64,000 nucleotides of DNA from NCBI GenBank assembly GCA_051294375.1, contig JBJCIZ010000239.1, positions 1,940,581-2,004,580 of the forward strand, read 5' to 3'. The notes beneath the pieces were generated by a model. It was not told where the DNA came from and made no database searches. It saw only the letters and a list, made by a program, of their open reading frames with translations. Of this stretch, positions 50,160 to 64,000 are shown one piece after another. A program made the position numbers and the translations under genes. Position 1 is the first letter of the stretch. Every line of letters starts with the position of its first letter. The DNA is from Paraspadella gotoi (lineage: Eukaryota; Animalia; Chaetognatha).

Positions 50160-52024
50160 GTTGAGTCTTTTCTAAAATTATATCATCTTCTGTCTGGCCG
50201 AGTTAGAAATTTAAGATAAAATAAAAGTGTAATATAACAAATTACAACCTCTCTCACAAATGAAAAAAAAGTTTTTTTTCAAAATGACATGACCGTTAAA
50301 ACATTTAACCGACAGGAAGATGTTTTGTCGAGAGCAGCCAATATTTAAAAAAAACAACTAAATAATAAACAAGAAAAAAAAACAAGAAGGAAAACCGCAT
50401 AATGACCCTAAAGAATGTATATAAACGGTTTCATCCTCTTCCTCCTCCTCCTCCTCCTCCTCTACTTCCGTCGTCCCTTCTCATTTGGTGGTTTTTTGTC
50501 ATTCATTGTCCCCCTCGCCAAACCACTCACAAACCACTAACTTTAAAACCATTCTCCCCAATTTTTATTGATTCAGCTGAAAGAAAAAAAAAAGAAACTA
50601 ATGCAAAGGCAACAAAAGTTTATTTTAAGTCGTCGCCCAGGATTAAGTTGACGAGATTAAATGGGGGAAAAAAAGTTTCTATTTCTAACAAACTTATAAT
50701 TTTTAAAATTGATTAGCTAAGGTTATTTTACGCTCTTCCAACCTGTCTAGTGCAATTATTGATTTACTTTTAATTATTTTTTGTTGACAAATGAAAGTCA
50801 TTTTTACTATTTTTGGTATCTCTTGGGCACTTTGCCTCTGAATATGTTTACGTAAGCTTAAACGGTCTGTATATGTTTACGTCAGTACCGCTTGTAAAAC
50901 AAAAATTCTTAAGATAAAAAGCTGGCTTTATTTCCAGAACAACTAACTTTTGTTTTTATCATTTAAAGTTACAAAGAGACATTCAATTTTCTTAAACCTT
51001 TTTCTCAGGTCTAATCAATCTAGTTATTTCTCTCTCTCTCTCTCTTTCTCTCTTTCTCTCTTTCTCTCTTTCTCTCTTTCTCTCTTTCTCTCTCTCTCTC
51101 TTCCCCTCAAATCCCATCAGTCAACATTAGGAACGTCGAATCATCTCTCTCGTGTCATGTGTCGCGTGTCAATACTCGTGTCAGGTCTTGTCCTTCCTTT
51201 GAGTTTTGTTTCAATTATTTTTTCTTGATTGGAAGAGAAAGTAAGAAGGGAGGTTGGCGTCGTGGTAAGAATTATGGGGTGGAGGATAAGGCTGGGGTAA
51301 GGAAAGAATGAATGAATTAAGTAATGAATGAATTCATTCTTTCATAATGCAATACATTTTTGCACCCAAAAAAGGCGTAAATATCTTTTTTCTCGTAGTC
51401 AGTCAGTCATGAGCAGAAATCCTCGAACTTTAATCAAGGATACCCTGTTAAATGAGGAACATTTACCGTTTAAAAAAAAACTAAGCTTACGAGTTTATTT
51501 TTTAATGAAAAAAGCATACGTAAATTAGTGTAACTCCCTTGTATAATTATAATAAGAACAATGTGTAATGTGTATTCCAAATAATGTCAGTTCGGTCCTT
51601 GATTCAATTTAGTAAGACATGAACCAATTTTTGACAGTTAGGTAAATAACAAAATACGAAAAAAAAACTAACATTAACAATTAAAATAAGTTTACCGGGT
51701 TTTGTCGGCTGACTGACCTTTTGTAAAACAACTTATCTCATCTTTTACGGTTAACAATTAAAATTTGATTGATATATCATTTTAAATATTTAGACTAACT
51801 TTAATTCTTATTGAATTAACAGTAATAACGTTTATAACAAACCCATAAAAGTAATGTAATTAAACATTTTGGGAATTTATTGAAATCAGTGAAAAAAAAT
51901 CAGAGCTTTTAATAAATGAAGAGCCTTCTTCATTTCGGCATTAAAGCATTTTAAGTAGGAATTCCATCATTTCCTTTTACTTCCGTCGAATCACCCTGTG
52001 GCTCCAGCTCAGGATCCTTCTCTG

Positions 52025-52390
52025 GTTTATTTCGCTCCAACTCCAACCCTTCCCGCTCCAGTTTATCTCGCTCCAACTCCGAATCTTCCCGCTCCAGTTT
52101 ATCTCGCTGCAACTCCAACCCTTCCTGCTCCAGTTTATCTCGCTCCCCAATCCCAATCCTTCCCGCTCGAGTTTATCTCGCTCCAACTCCGACTCCTTTC
52201 CGCTCATTTTTATCTCGCTCCAACTCCAACCCTTCCCGCTCCAGTTTATCTCGCTCCAACTCCAACCCTTCCCGCTCCAGTTTATCTCGCTCCAACTCCC
52301 AACCCTTCCCGCTCCAGTTTATCTCGCTCCAACTCCAACCCTTCCCGCTCCAGTTTATCTCGCTCCAACTCCAACCCTTCCCGCTCCAGA
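52025..52390. repeat. 36-bp tandem repeat (~10 units), encoding ELERDKLEREGL on the minus strand
   Basis: tttatctcgctccaactccaacccttcccgctccag repeated. Confidence 0.9.
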
Positions 52391-52786
52391 TCCTCCTCGT
52401 TCAACTCCATGACCCACTCCGCTTCCTCCAAGTCCTCTTCCTCTTTCCTTTTGAAAACTGCTTTGACGACGGTGACGACGACGATGGTGAAAAAGACGAT
52501 GGCCACGCCCACCGATTCCGTCGAGCTCAGCGTCTCTCCGAAGAACGTCATCGCCATGAGGGAGGTGATGCCGATTGCGCATGCGTTGACCAGGTTGCCG
52601 ATCATCCCGGCGAGACCCGCGTCGAAGGTTTCCAGTTCGTAGCAGCCGACCTCGATTAATCAGTCAATGTTTAGCGTTTGAAATTTTGAATCGAACGAAA
52701 TTAAAATGAATAGAATTAAAATTAAACGAAAAAATAGATTCGAAATGGGATATCAGAGACTGAGAAGAGAGAGAAAAACGGACGGG

Positions 52787-52840
<54 letters not shown>

Positions 52841-53773
52841 GCTAGAGCGAGAGAGTAAAAACTAAAAGAAAGAGAGAGAAATAAATATATTTATAAACAA
52901 GCAAATAGACAAATAAAGGAATAAAGGAAAGAAATAACAGAAGAATAGAAGAACAGAATTGTAACCAAAAAAAAAAAAATGCAATTATAAATTAAAAAAG
53001 GAATGAAAACAAAATAATAAAATAGATATTTAAGTAAGAACGAACAAAACACCGCGACGCACCTGTTGCGCGAGTCTATAAACCGTCGAAATTCCGCCGA
53101 CGAGCGCCACAGCCGCGGCGCCGGTCGCCGGCGCCGAAACGAATTCATCGACGCCGGCGACGCAAAAGCAGACGACGGCGACGGAGACGCTGCAGAGCAG
53201 CCGCAGCACGAGAAAGTTGGACCAGTGCTCGTCGGCGGTGGCGCCGAAGAAGTAAGGGAACAACAAAGTGTTGAACGCTACGAAAACGGCGAGGGCATAA
53301 GCGTAGGTCGGGGCCGAGGCTGGCTCGTCGAAGAGAAACGCCGGGTGCGTGGTGAGCAGCAGGCCGACCAGCGCGGCAATGGCGCCGGCCACGTCCAGCA
53401 GAGCGACGCAGCGGCGGGCCAGGAGCGCCGTAAGTGCGGGAACGAAGAGCAGGCCGGTGGAGGTGATGGCGGTCAAGACGCCCAGCGGCATAACGACGGC
53501 CGCTTCGCGTAAGGATATGAAGTTGGCGTTGATGAGAAGACCGAGAATTATAAACGACGCCCAGCGCGACGGCTTTCTCACCGTCCAATGTCGCCGGGCG
53601 AATGGAATCAGAGGCAAAGTGCTGATCGTTTCCCCGACGAAGATGTAGACGAAAGCGACGGGAGTGTTGAGCGGAGCCGAGACGCGGAAGATGTTGATGG
53701 AGACGCTGACGAGGGTCACGTAGAAGACGTTGAAGAGGAGACCCCAGAAGAGAAGGGAGACGTCGGAGGTCAT
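52282..53773 (-). CDS. SLC35G/EamA-like drug-metabolite transporter nested in an integrin intron, 2 exons (53773-~53063, ~52650-52282); exact stop uncertain within the repeat
   Basis: About 10 hydrophobic helices; MPLGVLTAITSTGLLFVPAL..ALVGLLLTTHPAFLF and MTFFGETLS..VGVAIV are DMT-type motifs; CAG|GTGCG donor. Confidence 0.7.
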
Positions 53774-54161
53774 TATGAGGCAAAGATGGGGGGGGGGTTG
53801 GGAAGGTGGGGGTTTGTTTTTTTTTTGTTTTGTCAATTATTTTGGTTTTTTGTTTTGTTTGTTTTAGTTTGTTTTTTCTTTGTTGTAAAATTTTTGTTTT
53901 GGTTTTCTTTTGTTTATAATTTTGTTTTTCGTTTTTTTTTCTTTTTTGACTCAGCGTACTTGATCGATTTTCAAAGGATTCGCTGTATCACGTTTCAACT
54001 ATATTGTATAGTGTATAGTGTATAACGAATGATGTACCTACGTATCTACATGTACGAAAGTTTTTTTATACTTTTGGCGCCAATTCATTTTTTTACATAC
54101 GCGTAGCTGTAAAAATTTAATACAGGTACAATGTTTCATCTTCAAGACCTATGAGTGAGAA

Positions 54162-54250
<89 letters not shown>

Positions 54251-54355
54251 CGTTTTTCAAGTCATCATTCATTTTCATTTTCATTTTTCATTTTCAAGAT
54301 CGTCATTGAGACAACGTCCTGGGCCACAGTCAGGGATTAATCGCTGATTTTGTCA

Positions 54356-54396
<41 letters not shown>

Positions 54397-54923
54397 AATA
54401 TTACACATTTGAGATAAGAATTTTTTTTATTTTTATATTAAAATCATTAATTTTTTTTTAATTAAAAATTTTGTTGTGAAAATAACGAAAAACTCGTTCT
54501 ATCTCAGATCACATTACCATATTCTTTTGATAATTTATTAAAATGCCTTAGTATTATATAAATTATACCACATTGAATTTTTGGTCATGCACTCGTTTTT
54601 AAAGATGATCATATAACTGCACAAGTATGGTGCATGTACAATTGTACATATAAAAGTTCTTAGGGTGCCTTGCCAAAATATTAACTTAATTGATTAAGTA
54701 TACAAGTATATAAGTAGTTAAAACGTAATGAGAACGGACCGACAAGAACGTCTCCCGAACAATTCGACTGGAGAGAAAGTGTGAAAAAGTTTTCTCTCTC
54801 ATTTCACGCCGTGAAGGAGAAAAGAAAAAAAAGGAGGAAAGAAAAGTTAAAGAAGAAGAAGAGGAGGAAGAGGAAGAGGAGAATGAAGAGGATGATGAAG
54901 AGGAAGAGGAGGAGGAATAAAAT

Positions 54924-54955
<32 letters not shown>

Positions 54956-55225
54956 TGGGTCCGTCCGGGAGACAAAAAAAGGGCGACCCGTCCATCCTGG
55001 ACAGGGAGGGGGGAAGGGAAAGAAAACGACGACGACGACGACGACCGACGGGGGCAAAAAAAAGGTTACCTTAACGAATTGAGACAATGTACTCGGAGGG
55101 GGGGGAACATGTCAACGGGCGTTGAACTCGGCGGAGATATATTTATTTGACGGGGAAAAAAATGAGAGAGAGAGGGAGAGAGAGAGGGGGAGAGGGAATG
55201 AACGCCGGCCAAGATTATGTCTTTT

Positions 55226-55412
55226 NNNNNNNNNNNNNNNNNNNNNNNNNNNNNNNNNNNNNNNNNNNNNNNNNNNNNNNNNNNNNNNNNNNNNNNNNNN
55301 NNNNNNNNNNNNNNNNNNNNNNNNNNNNNNNNNNNNNNNNNNNNNNNNNNNNNNNNNNNNNNNNNNNNNNNNNNNNNNNNNNNNNNNNNNNNNNNNNNNN
55401 NNNNNNNNNNNN
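55226..55412. other. Assembly gap (N run)
   Basis: Ns; the equivalent interval is filled (~70 nt) in the second copy near 62256-62327. Confidence 0.99.
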
Positions 55413-56279
55413 TTCTGATTTAAAGCGCATTGTTTTAGGACGTGGACCACAGTGAATGGTTGTATAGGGAGATCTCCAGGTTAAAAACTCTTCGAACCGA
55501 TCGCCCATGGACGCGTTTTAATCTGTGTGATTTGTGTACTTGCTCATCGCTAAATTTAACGAGGGGTTGAAAGGGGGAATATTAAAAAAAAAAAAAAATC
55601 AATATGGAATGATCATTGATCAGAGGTGAGTCGCCACGACTCGTTTTTGATTTCGACGTTATTTAGTTTTAAAAAAAGAAGGAAAATTAGTCTGGTAAAA
55701 TGTTTTAAAACGCATGAACGTGAATTAAAACAAAATGGTGAAAATAAAAATTTGAAAAAAAAAAAAATTAAGTAACTGACAAACAAATTATGAGGTGGTT
55801 AAACTAAAACCTTCATGGGCGACACGAAGAATTCTGTTTGAACCTCATCTCGAAATTGTTTAAAAACCATTGAACCATAAAAGTTTAAAAAATTATATTA
55901 AATATTCATAGATTCTATTGGTTTGAAAATAAATTAACTTGAAAAACGGTCCGACGGACCGAACGATTTTCTGACAAAAAAATGGGTAGTTAGTCTCCAT
56001 TAAAATACCCTTAATTTAATTACATGTGTTAAGAATAATACAAATACGTCTTTTTTTTTGGTTGAACAGTTAGTTTGAGACTCATCCGTCTGTCCGAAGG
56101 TCTATCTGTCCGTCGAAATTCCGAGTTTTAACTTTAATTGACCAAAGTTAAGTGAGAAAAAGAGAGAGCATAACTCGCGCGCACTTCATACACATCCCTA
56201 CTCCCCCTCTCCTATATGTCTTCACCCTACAGACTGCGGACCGTCCGCCTCTCACGATTCTCCAATTGTACCTTATACT

Positions 56280-59200
56280 ATGAAAATTTCGAGTTTTCCA
56301 GCTCGGTCGATTGCATGTCGACGTCCCGGTCTCTCTGTCGTAAGGCTGCGCTCGGATTCGCCTAATATTTCCTTGCGATGCGTCGTGAGATCCACGTCGC
56401 CCGCGGAGCGAGCTGCTGGAGCCGAATCCGAGATGAACACAAACGAGAGCGCGACGATCAGAGACGACGTACGGTCGTGTCGCGAGATGGCGGAGGGGGT
56501 TGCGATTCTTTGGGAGTAGAACGTAGTCAGGGCGCCTGCAATTGTTCTAGGATTAGCAGTTGGGGGCGTTGGATGGAATTGGAGGAATGGAGAAAAGGAG
56601 AGGAAAAGAGTAAGGAGAAGTAGGCAGAAGGGAAGGAGAGGGAGAGGGGGTGAAAGGAGTGAGCCGGGAAATGACCGATCGATTACTATTGAAGATTATC
56701 TATTGAAGATCTTCAAAAATCTAAGGTAAGTTTCGCCTTTCGTTTTTTTCCACCTTTTTCTTCTCAAAGTAGAACGGGGCTCCGACGACGAGGTCGTCTC
56801 GTCCGTCGCCGTTCAAATCCGCTTGCAGACTTGGTAGCCGAAAGAGGAGCTATCTTCTCTCCCTGCAGTCGGATGCTGGGGAGGAAACATAGGGAAAGGG
56901 TGAAAATAAATAAATAAAAGAAATATAAAATTGTATATAATCCTGTTGATTTATTTAATAAGGGTTGAAATAAAAGAAATTAAAAGAATAAAATTGTATA
57001 TAAATCCTGTTGTTTACTTAATAAAGGGTTGAAATAAAAATAAAATAAAAAAAGAAATAAAATTGTATATAAATCCTGTTGTTATACTTATAAAAGGTTG
57101 AAATAAATAAAATATAAAAAGAAATAAAAATTGTATAAATCCTGATGTTTTTAATAAGTTGAGTCTTTTCTAAAATTAATATCATCTTCTGTCTGGCGGA
57201 GTTGAGAAATTTAAGATAAAATAAAGTGTATATAACAAATTACAAACCCTCTCTCACAAATGAAAAAAAAGTTTTTTTTCAAAATGACATGACCGTTAAA
57301 ACATTTAACCGACAGGAAGATGTTTTGTCGAGAGCAGCCATATTTTAAAAAAAACAACTAAATAATAAACAAGAAAAAAAAACAGAAAGGAAAACCGCAT
57401 TAATGACCGCTAAAGAATGTTATAAACGGTTTCATCTCTCTTCCTCCTCCTCTCCTCCTCCTCTACTTTCGTCGTCCCTTCTCATTTGGTGTTTTTTGTC
57501 ATTCATTGTCCCCCTCGCAAAAACCACTACACTAAACACTAACTTTAAACCATATCTCCCCCATTTTTATTGATTCAGCTGAAGAAACAAAAAGAATAAC
57601 ATCAGGCAAACAAAAGTTTATTTTAATCGATCGCCCAGGATTAAGTTGACGAGATTAAATGGGGGAAAAAAGTTTCTATTCTAACAAACTTTATTTTTTA
57701 AAAATTGATTAGCTAAGGTTATTTTACGCTCTTCAACCTGTCTAGTGCAATTATTGATTTACTTTTAATTATTTTTTGTTGACAAATGAAAGTCATTTTT
57801 ATATTTTTGGTATCTCTTGGGCACTTTGCTTGAATATGTTTACGTAAGCTTAAACGGTCTGTAATATTTACGTAAGTACACGTGTAAACAAAATCTTAGA
57901 TAAAAACTGGCTTATTTCCAGAACAACTAACTTTTGTTTTTATCATTTAAAGTTACAAAGAGACATTCAATTTTCTTAACCTTTTTCTCAGGTCTAATCA
58001 ATCTAGTTATTTCTCTCTCTCTCTCTCTTCTCTCTTTCTCCTCTTTTCTCTCTTCTTCTCTTTCTCTTTCCTCTCTTTCTCTCTCTCTCTCTTTCCCTCA
58101 AATCCCATCAGTCAACATAGGAACGGTCAATCATCTCTCTCGTGTCATGTGTCGCGTGTCAATACTCGTGTCAGGTCTTGTCCTTCTTTGAGTTTTGTTT
58201 CAATTATTTTTCTTGATTGGAAGAGAAAGTAAGAGGGGAGGTGGGCGTCGTGTAAGAATTATGGGGTGGAGGATAAGGCTGGGTAAGGAAAGAATGAATG
58301 AATAAGTAATGAATGAATTCATTCTTCATAATGCAATACATTTTTGCACCCAAAAAAGGCGTAAATATCTTTTTTCTCGTAGTCAGTCAGTCATGAGCAG
58401 AAATCCTCGAACTTTAAATCAAGGATACCCTGTTTAAATGAGGAACAATTTACCGTTTAAAAAAAAACTAAGCTTACGAGTTTATTTTAATGAAAAAAGC
58501 ATACGTAAATTAGTGTAACTCCCTGGTATAATTATAATAAGAACAATGTGTAATGTGTATTCCAAATAATGTCAGTTCCGGTCCCTTGAATTCAATTTAG
58601 AAGACAATGAACCAATTTTTGACCAGTTAGGTAAATAACAAAATACGAAAAAAAAACTAACATTAACAATTAAAATAAGTTTACCGGGTTTTGTCGGCTG
58701 ACTGACCTTTTGTAAAAACAACTTATCTCATCTTTTACGGTTAACAATTAAAATTTGATTGATATATCATTTTAAATATTAGACTAACTTAATTCTTATT
58801 GAATTACAGTAATAACGTTTATAACAAACCATAAAGTAATGTAATTAAACATTTTGGGATTTATTGAAATCAGTGAAAAAATCAGAGCTTTTAATAAATG
58901 AAGAGCTTCTTCATTTCGGCATTAAAGCATTTTAAGTAGGAATTCCATCATTTCCTTTTACTTCGCGTCGAATCACCCTGTGGCTCCAGCTCAGGATCCT
59001 TCTCTGGTTATTTCGCTCCAACTCAACCTTCCCCGCTCCAGTTTCATCTCGCTCCGAACTCCGAACTTCCCGCTCCAGTTTATCTCGCTGCAACTCCAAC
59101 CCTTCCTGCTCCAGTTTATCTCGCTCCAACTCCAATCCTTCCCGCTCGAGTTTATCCGCTCCACTACCGACTCTTTCCGTCATTTTTATCTCGCCTCCAA

Positions 59201-59766
59201 CTCAACCCTTCCCGCTCCAGTTTATCTCGCTCCAACTCCAACCCTTCCGCTCCAGTTTATCTCGCTCCAACTCCCCCTTCCCGTCCAGTTTATCTCGCTC
59301 CAACTCCAACCCTTCCCGCTCCAGTTTATCTCGCTCCAACTCCACCCCCTCCCGTCCAGATCCTCCTCGTTCAACTCCATGACCCACTCCGCTTCCTCCA
59401 AGTCCCTCTTCCTCTTTCCTTTTGAAAACTGCTTTGACGACGGTGACGACGACGATGGTGAAAAAGACGATGGCCACGCCCACCGATTCCGTCGAGCTCA
59501 GCGTCTCTCCGAGAACGTCATCGCCATGAGGGAGTTGATGCCGATTGCGCATGCCGTTGACCAGGTTGCCGATCATCCGGCGAGACCCGCGTCGAAGGTT
59601 TCCAGTTCGTAGCAGCCGACCTCGATTAATCGTTCAATGTTTAGCGTTTAAATTTTGAATCGAACGAAATTAAAATGAATAGAATTAAAATTAAACGAAA
59701 AAATAGATTCGAAATGGGATATCAGAGACTGAGAAAGAGAGAAAAAACGGACGGGGAGAGAGAGAG

Positions 59767-59838
<72 letters not shown>

Positions 59839-61163
59839 TGAGCTAGAGCGAGAGAGTAAAAAACTAAAAAAAAGAGAGAGAAATAAATATATTATAAACA
59901 AGCAAATAGACAAATAAAGGAATAAAGAAAGAAATAACAGAAAGAATAGAAGAACAGAATTGTAACCAAAAAAAAAAAATGCAATTATAAATTAAAAAAG
60001 GAATGAAAACAAAATAATAAATAGATATTTAAGTAAGAACGAACAAAACACGCGCGACCGCACCTGTTGCGCGAGTCTATAAACCGTCGAAATTCCGCCG
60101 ACGAGCGCCACAGCCGCGGCGCCGGTCGCCGGCGCCGAAACGAATTCATCGACCCGGCGACGCAAAGCAGACGACGGCGACGGAGACGCTGCAGAGCAGC
60201 CGCAGCACGAGAAAGTTGGACCAGTGCTCGTCGGCGGTGGCGCCGAAGAAGTAAGGGAACAACAAAGTGTTGAACGCTACGAAAACGGCGAGGGCATAAG
60301 CGTAGGTCGGGGCGCAGGCTGGTCGTCGAAGAGAAACGCCGGGTGCGTGGTGAGCAGCAGGCCGACCAGCGCGGCAATGGCGCCGGCCACGTCCCGCAGA
60401 GCGACGCAGCGGCGGGCCAGGAGCGCCGTAAGTGCGGGAACGAAGAGCAGGCGGTGGAGGTGATGGCGGTCAAGACGCCCAGCGGCATAACGACGGCCGC
60501 TTCGCGTAAGGATATGAAGTTGGCGTTGATGAGAAGACCGAGATTATAAACGACGCCAGCGCGACGGCTTTCTCACCGTCCAATGTCCCCGGCGAATGGA
60601 ATCAGAGGCAAAGTGCTGATCGTTTCCCCGACGAAGATGTAGACGAAAGCGACGGGAGTGTTGAGCGGAGCCGAGACGCGAAGATGTTGATGGAGACGCT
60701 GACGAGGGTCACGTAGAAGACGTTGAAGAGGAGACCCCAGAAGAGAAGGAGACGTCGGAGGTCATTATGAGGCAAAGATGGGGGGGGGGGGGGGGGGTTG
60801 GGAAGGTGGGGGTTTGTTTTTTTTTTGTTTTGTCAATTATTTTGGTTTTTTGTTTTGTTTGTTTTAGTTTGTTTTTTCTTGTTGTAAAATTTTTGTTTTG
60901 GTTTTCTTTTGTTTATAATTTTGTTTTTCGTTTTTTTTCTTTTTTGACTCAGCGTACTTGATCGATTTTCAAAGGATTCGCTGTATCACGTTTCAACTAT
61001 ATTGTATAGTGTATAGTGTATAACGAATGATGTACCTACGTATCTACAAGTACGAAAGTTTTTTTATACTTTTGGCGCCAATTCATTTTTTTACATACGC
61101 GTAGCTGTAAAAATTTAATACAGGTACAATGTTTCATCTTCAAGACCTATGAGTGAGAAAGAA

Positions 61164-61261
<98 letters not shown>

Positions 61262-61393
61262 TACGTTTTTCAAGTCATCATTCATTTTCATTTTCATTTT
61301 TCATTTTCAAGATCGTCATTGAGACAACGTCCTGGGCACAGTCAGGGATTAATCGCTGATTTTGTCACTATCTCTCTCTCTCTCTCTCTCTCG

Positions 61394-61424
<31 letters not shown>

Positions 61425-63070
61425 CTCTCTCTCTCTCTAAATATTACACATTTGAGATAAGAATTTTTTAAATTTTTATATTAAATCATTAATTTTTTTT
61501 CATTAAAAATTTGTTGTGAAAATAACGAAACTCGTTCTATCTCAGATCACATTACCATATTCTTTTGATAATTTATTAAAATGCCTTAGTATTATATAAA
61601 TTATACACATTGAATTTTTGGTCATGCACTCGTTTTTAAAGATGATATATACTGCACAAGTATGGTGCATGTACAATTGTACATATAAAAGTTCTTAGGG
61701 TGCCTTGCCAAAATATTAACTTAATTGATTAAGTATACAAGTATATAAGTAGTTAAAACGTAATGAAACGGACCGACAAGAACGTCTCCCGCAATTCGAC
61801 TGGAGAGAAAGTGTGAAAAAGTTTTCTCTCTCTCATTTCACGCCGTGAAGGAGAAAAGAAAAAAAAGGAGGAAAGAAAAGTTAAAGAGAGAAGAGGAGGA
61901 AGAGGAAGAGGAGAATGAAGAGGAGATGAAGAGGAAGAGGAGGAGGAATAAAATGAGGAGGAGGAAGAGGAGAGAGGAGGAAGAGGATGGGTCCGTCCGG
62001 GAGACAAAAAAAGGGCGACCCGTCCATCCTGGACAGGGAGGGGGGGAAGGGAAAGAAAACGACGACGACGACGACGACCGACGGGGGCAAAAAAAGGTAC
62101 CTTAACGAATTGAGACAATGTACTCGGAGGGGGGGGAACATGTCAACGGGCGTTGAACTCGGCGGAGATATATTTATTTGACGGGAAAAAAATGAGAGAG
62201 AGAGGGAGAAGAGAAGGGGAGAGGGGAATGAACGCCGGCCAAGATTATGTCTTTTTTTTACTTTTTGGGACGGAGAGACATTTTAAATAATGAGCTTCTG
62301 ATTTATTTTTTTCTGTTAACTTTAAAATTCTGATTTAAAGCGCATTGTTTTAGGACGTGGACCACAGTGAATGGTTGTATAGGGAGATCTCCAGGTTAAA
62401 AACTCTTCGAACCGATCGCCCATGGACGCGTTTTAATCTGTGTGATTTGTGTACTTGCTCATCGCTAAATTTAACGAGGGGTTGAAAGGGGGAATATTAA
62501 AAAAAAAAAAAAATCAATATGGAATGATCATTGATCAGAGGTGAGTCGCCACGACTCGTTTTTGATTTCGACGTTATTTAGTTTTAAAAAAAGAAGGAAA
62601 ATTAGTTTGGTAAAATGTTTTAAAACGCATGAACGTGAATTAAAACAAAATGGTGAAAATAAAAATTTGAAAAAAAAAAAAATTAAGTAACTGACAAACA
62701 AATTATGAGGTGGTTAAACTAAAACCTTCATGGGCGACACGAAGAATTCTGTTTGAACTCATCTCGAAATTGTTTAAAAACCATTGAACCATAAAAGTTT
62801 AAAAAATTATATTAAATATTCATAGATCTCTTGGTTTGAAAATAAATTAACTTGAAAAACGGTCCGACGGACCGAACGATTTTCTGACAAAAAAATGGGT
62901 AGTTAGTCTCCATTAAAATACCCTTAATTTAATTACATGTGTTAAGAATAATACAAATACGTCTTTTTTTTTGGTTGAACAGTTAGTTTGAGACTCATCC
63001 GTCTGTCCGAAGGTCTATCTGTCCGTCGAAATTCCGAGTTTTAACTTTAATTGACCAAAGTTAAGTGAGA
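56280..63070. repeat. Second, indel-ridden copy of ~49280-56157 (integrin exons, minisatellite, transporter); probable false duplication
   Basis: Co-linear, period ~6.9 kb; differences are mostly 1-nt indels, dense at the left end and fading rightward; followed by a 25-N gap. Confidence 0.9.
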
Positions 63071-63103
63071 GTGAGAGAGAGAGGAGAGGAGAGAGAGAGA
63101 GAA

Positions 63104-63134
<31 letters not shown>

Positions 63135-63135
63135 G

Positions 63136-63160
63136 NNNNNNNNNNNNNNNNNNNNNNNNN
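63136..63160. other. Assembly gap (25 N) inside a (GA)n tract
   Basis: Ns. Confidence 0.99.
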
Positions 63161-63191
<31 letters not shown>

Positions 63192-63344
63192 GAGAGAAAT
63201 TATGAAAAGAATGAAGAGGAAATGAAATGAAATGAAGATAATAGTTGAGAGACAAAAGTTGAAAATGACAATGGCTTAAAAAAAAGGCAACAAATTTAAG
63301 TTTTCAAAATGTCAACAAAAAAAATGGAGTGGAGAGTCTATTAT

Positions 63345-63680
63345 TTATTTCTTTATTTCTTTCTTTCCTAATTTCTTTCTTTATTTCTTTCCTTATTTCT
63401 TTCTTTATTTCTTTCCTTATTTCTTTCTTTCTTTTTTTCTTTCTTTCCTTAGTTCTTTTTTTTTTCTTTTTTTCTTTCTTTTCTTATTTCTTTCCTTATT
63501 TCTTTCCTTATTTCTTTCTTTATTTCTTTCTTTATTTCTTTCCTTATTTCTTTCTTTATTTCTTTCTTTATTTCTTTCTTTATTTCTTTCCTTATTTCTT
63601 TCTTTATTTTTTTCCTTATTTTTTTCCTTATTTCTTTCTTTCCTTATTTCTTTCTTTCTTTTTTTCTTTCTTTCCTTAGT
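63345..63680. repeat. Low-complexity ~12-16-bp tandem repeat (ttatttctttc[c/t])
   Basis: Direct reading. Confidence 0.9.
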
Positions 63681-64000
63681 TCTTGTCTTATTTCTCTCAT
63701 TCTTACTCTTTCTTTTATTCTTTCCTTTATCCTTCTTTTATTTTTCCTCTCTCTCTCTCTCTCTCTCTCCCTCCCTCCCTCCTCGCGTTTCAAAATCCAA
63801 AGACCTCAAAGACAAGGGTTATCACTCTGTGTTGAAGTTTTAATCTTTACTCGAAAAGTTTGTCAACCTCTAATTTTGTTAAGAGGTTCGAGATTCTCCC
63901 GAGGTCTTCGTGACACGAAAGATCGAATGCCGAAGGGGAAACGAAGAGGATTGTCGTTGCCTCGTTGGTGTCATTGCAGTCGTAATTGTATTTGCAATTG

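Noticed and set aside
49880-52390. Regular repeats considered as CRISPR-like arrays
   Set aside because: Head-to-tail units with no unique spacers, eukaryotic context and no cas genes
49280-63160. 6.9-kb tandem duplication with an apparent pseudogene copy of the transporter and integrin exons
   Set aside because: Differences are mostly single-base indels, extreme at 56.2-56.7 kb and fading to near identity, with a 25-N gap at the end. This is the profile of an unpolished long-read gap fill, not evolutionary decay. Read depth halved over both copies would confirm it.
63790-64000. Possible minus-strand ORF end at the window edge (..NYDCNDTNEATTILFVSPS..KLFE*)
   Set aside because: Too short and truncated to identify; no integrin motif seen

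Overview
Animal (invertebrate-type) nuclear DNA with GC/CpG-rich exons and AT-rich GT-AG introns. Positions 1-37.3 kb hold 14 protein-coding genes, all on the minus strand. In transcription order they are two MADS-like paralogs, ALMS1, a third MADS-like paralog, CEP152, GOLGA7, RPS15, CCNK, CDAN1, FDXR, Njmu-R1/C17orf75, UVSSA, G-protein gamma and DNAJA2. Stop-to-start gaps are about 100-1000 nt. Several gaps contain an unpaired 3' splice acceptor and no AATAAA, consistent with a large SL-trans-spliced polycistronic operon (inference). Embedded in this run is a ~230-nt GC-rich, almost fully base-paired non-coding element (34462-34689) that I cannot assign to a known RNA family. It is flanked by two long-range, mutually crossing duplexes that cover the acceptors upstream of ALMS1. 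The three paralogs carry an SRF/MADS-like dimerisation module without the basic DNA-binding residues, fused to an unrecognised C-terminal domain. To the right are an intronless MiT/TFE-like bHLH-ZIP gene (+), an S1 serine protease (-) and the 3' part of an integrin alpha (-) with an SLC35/EamA-like transporter nested in an intron. The ~6.9-kb tandem duplication at ~49.3-63.1 kb looks like an assembly artefact. All family assignments come from recalled motif similarity, not database searches, and exon boundaries were read by eye.
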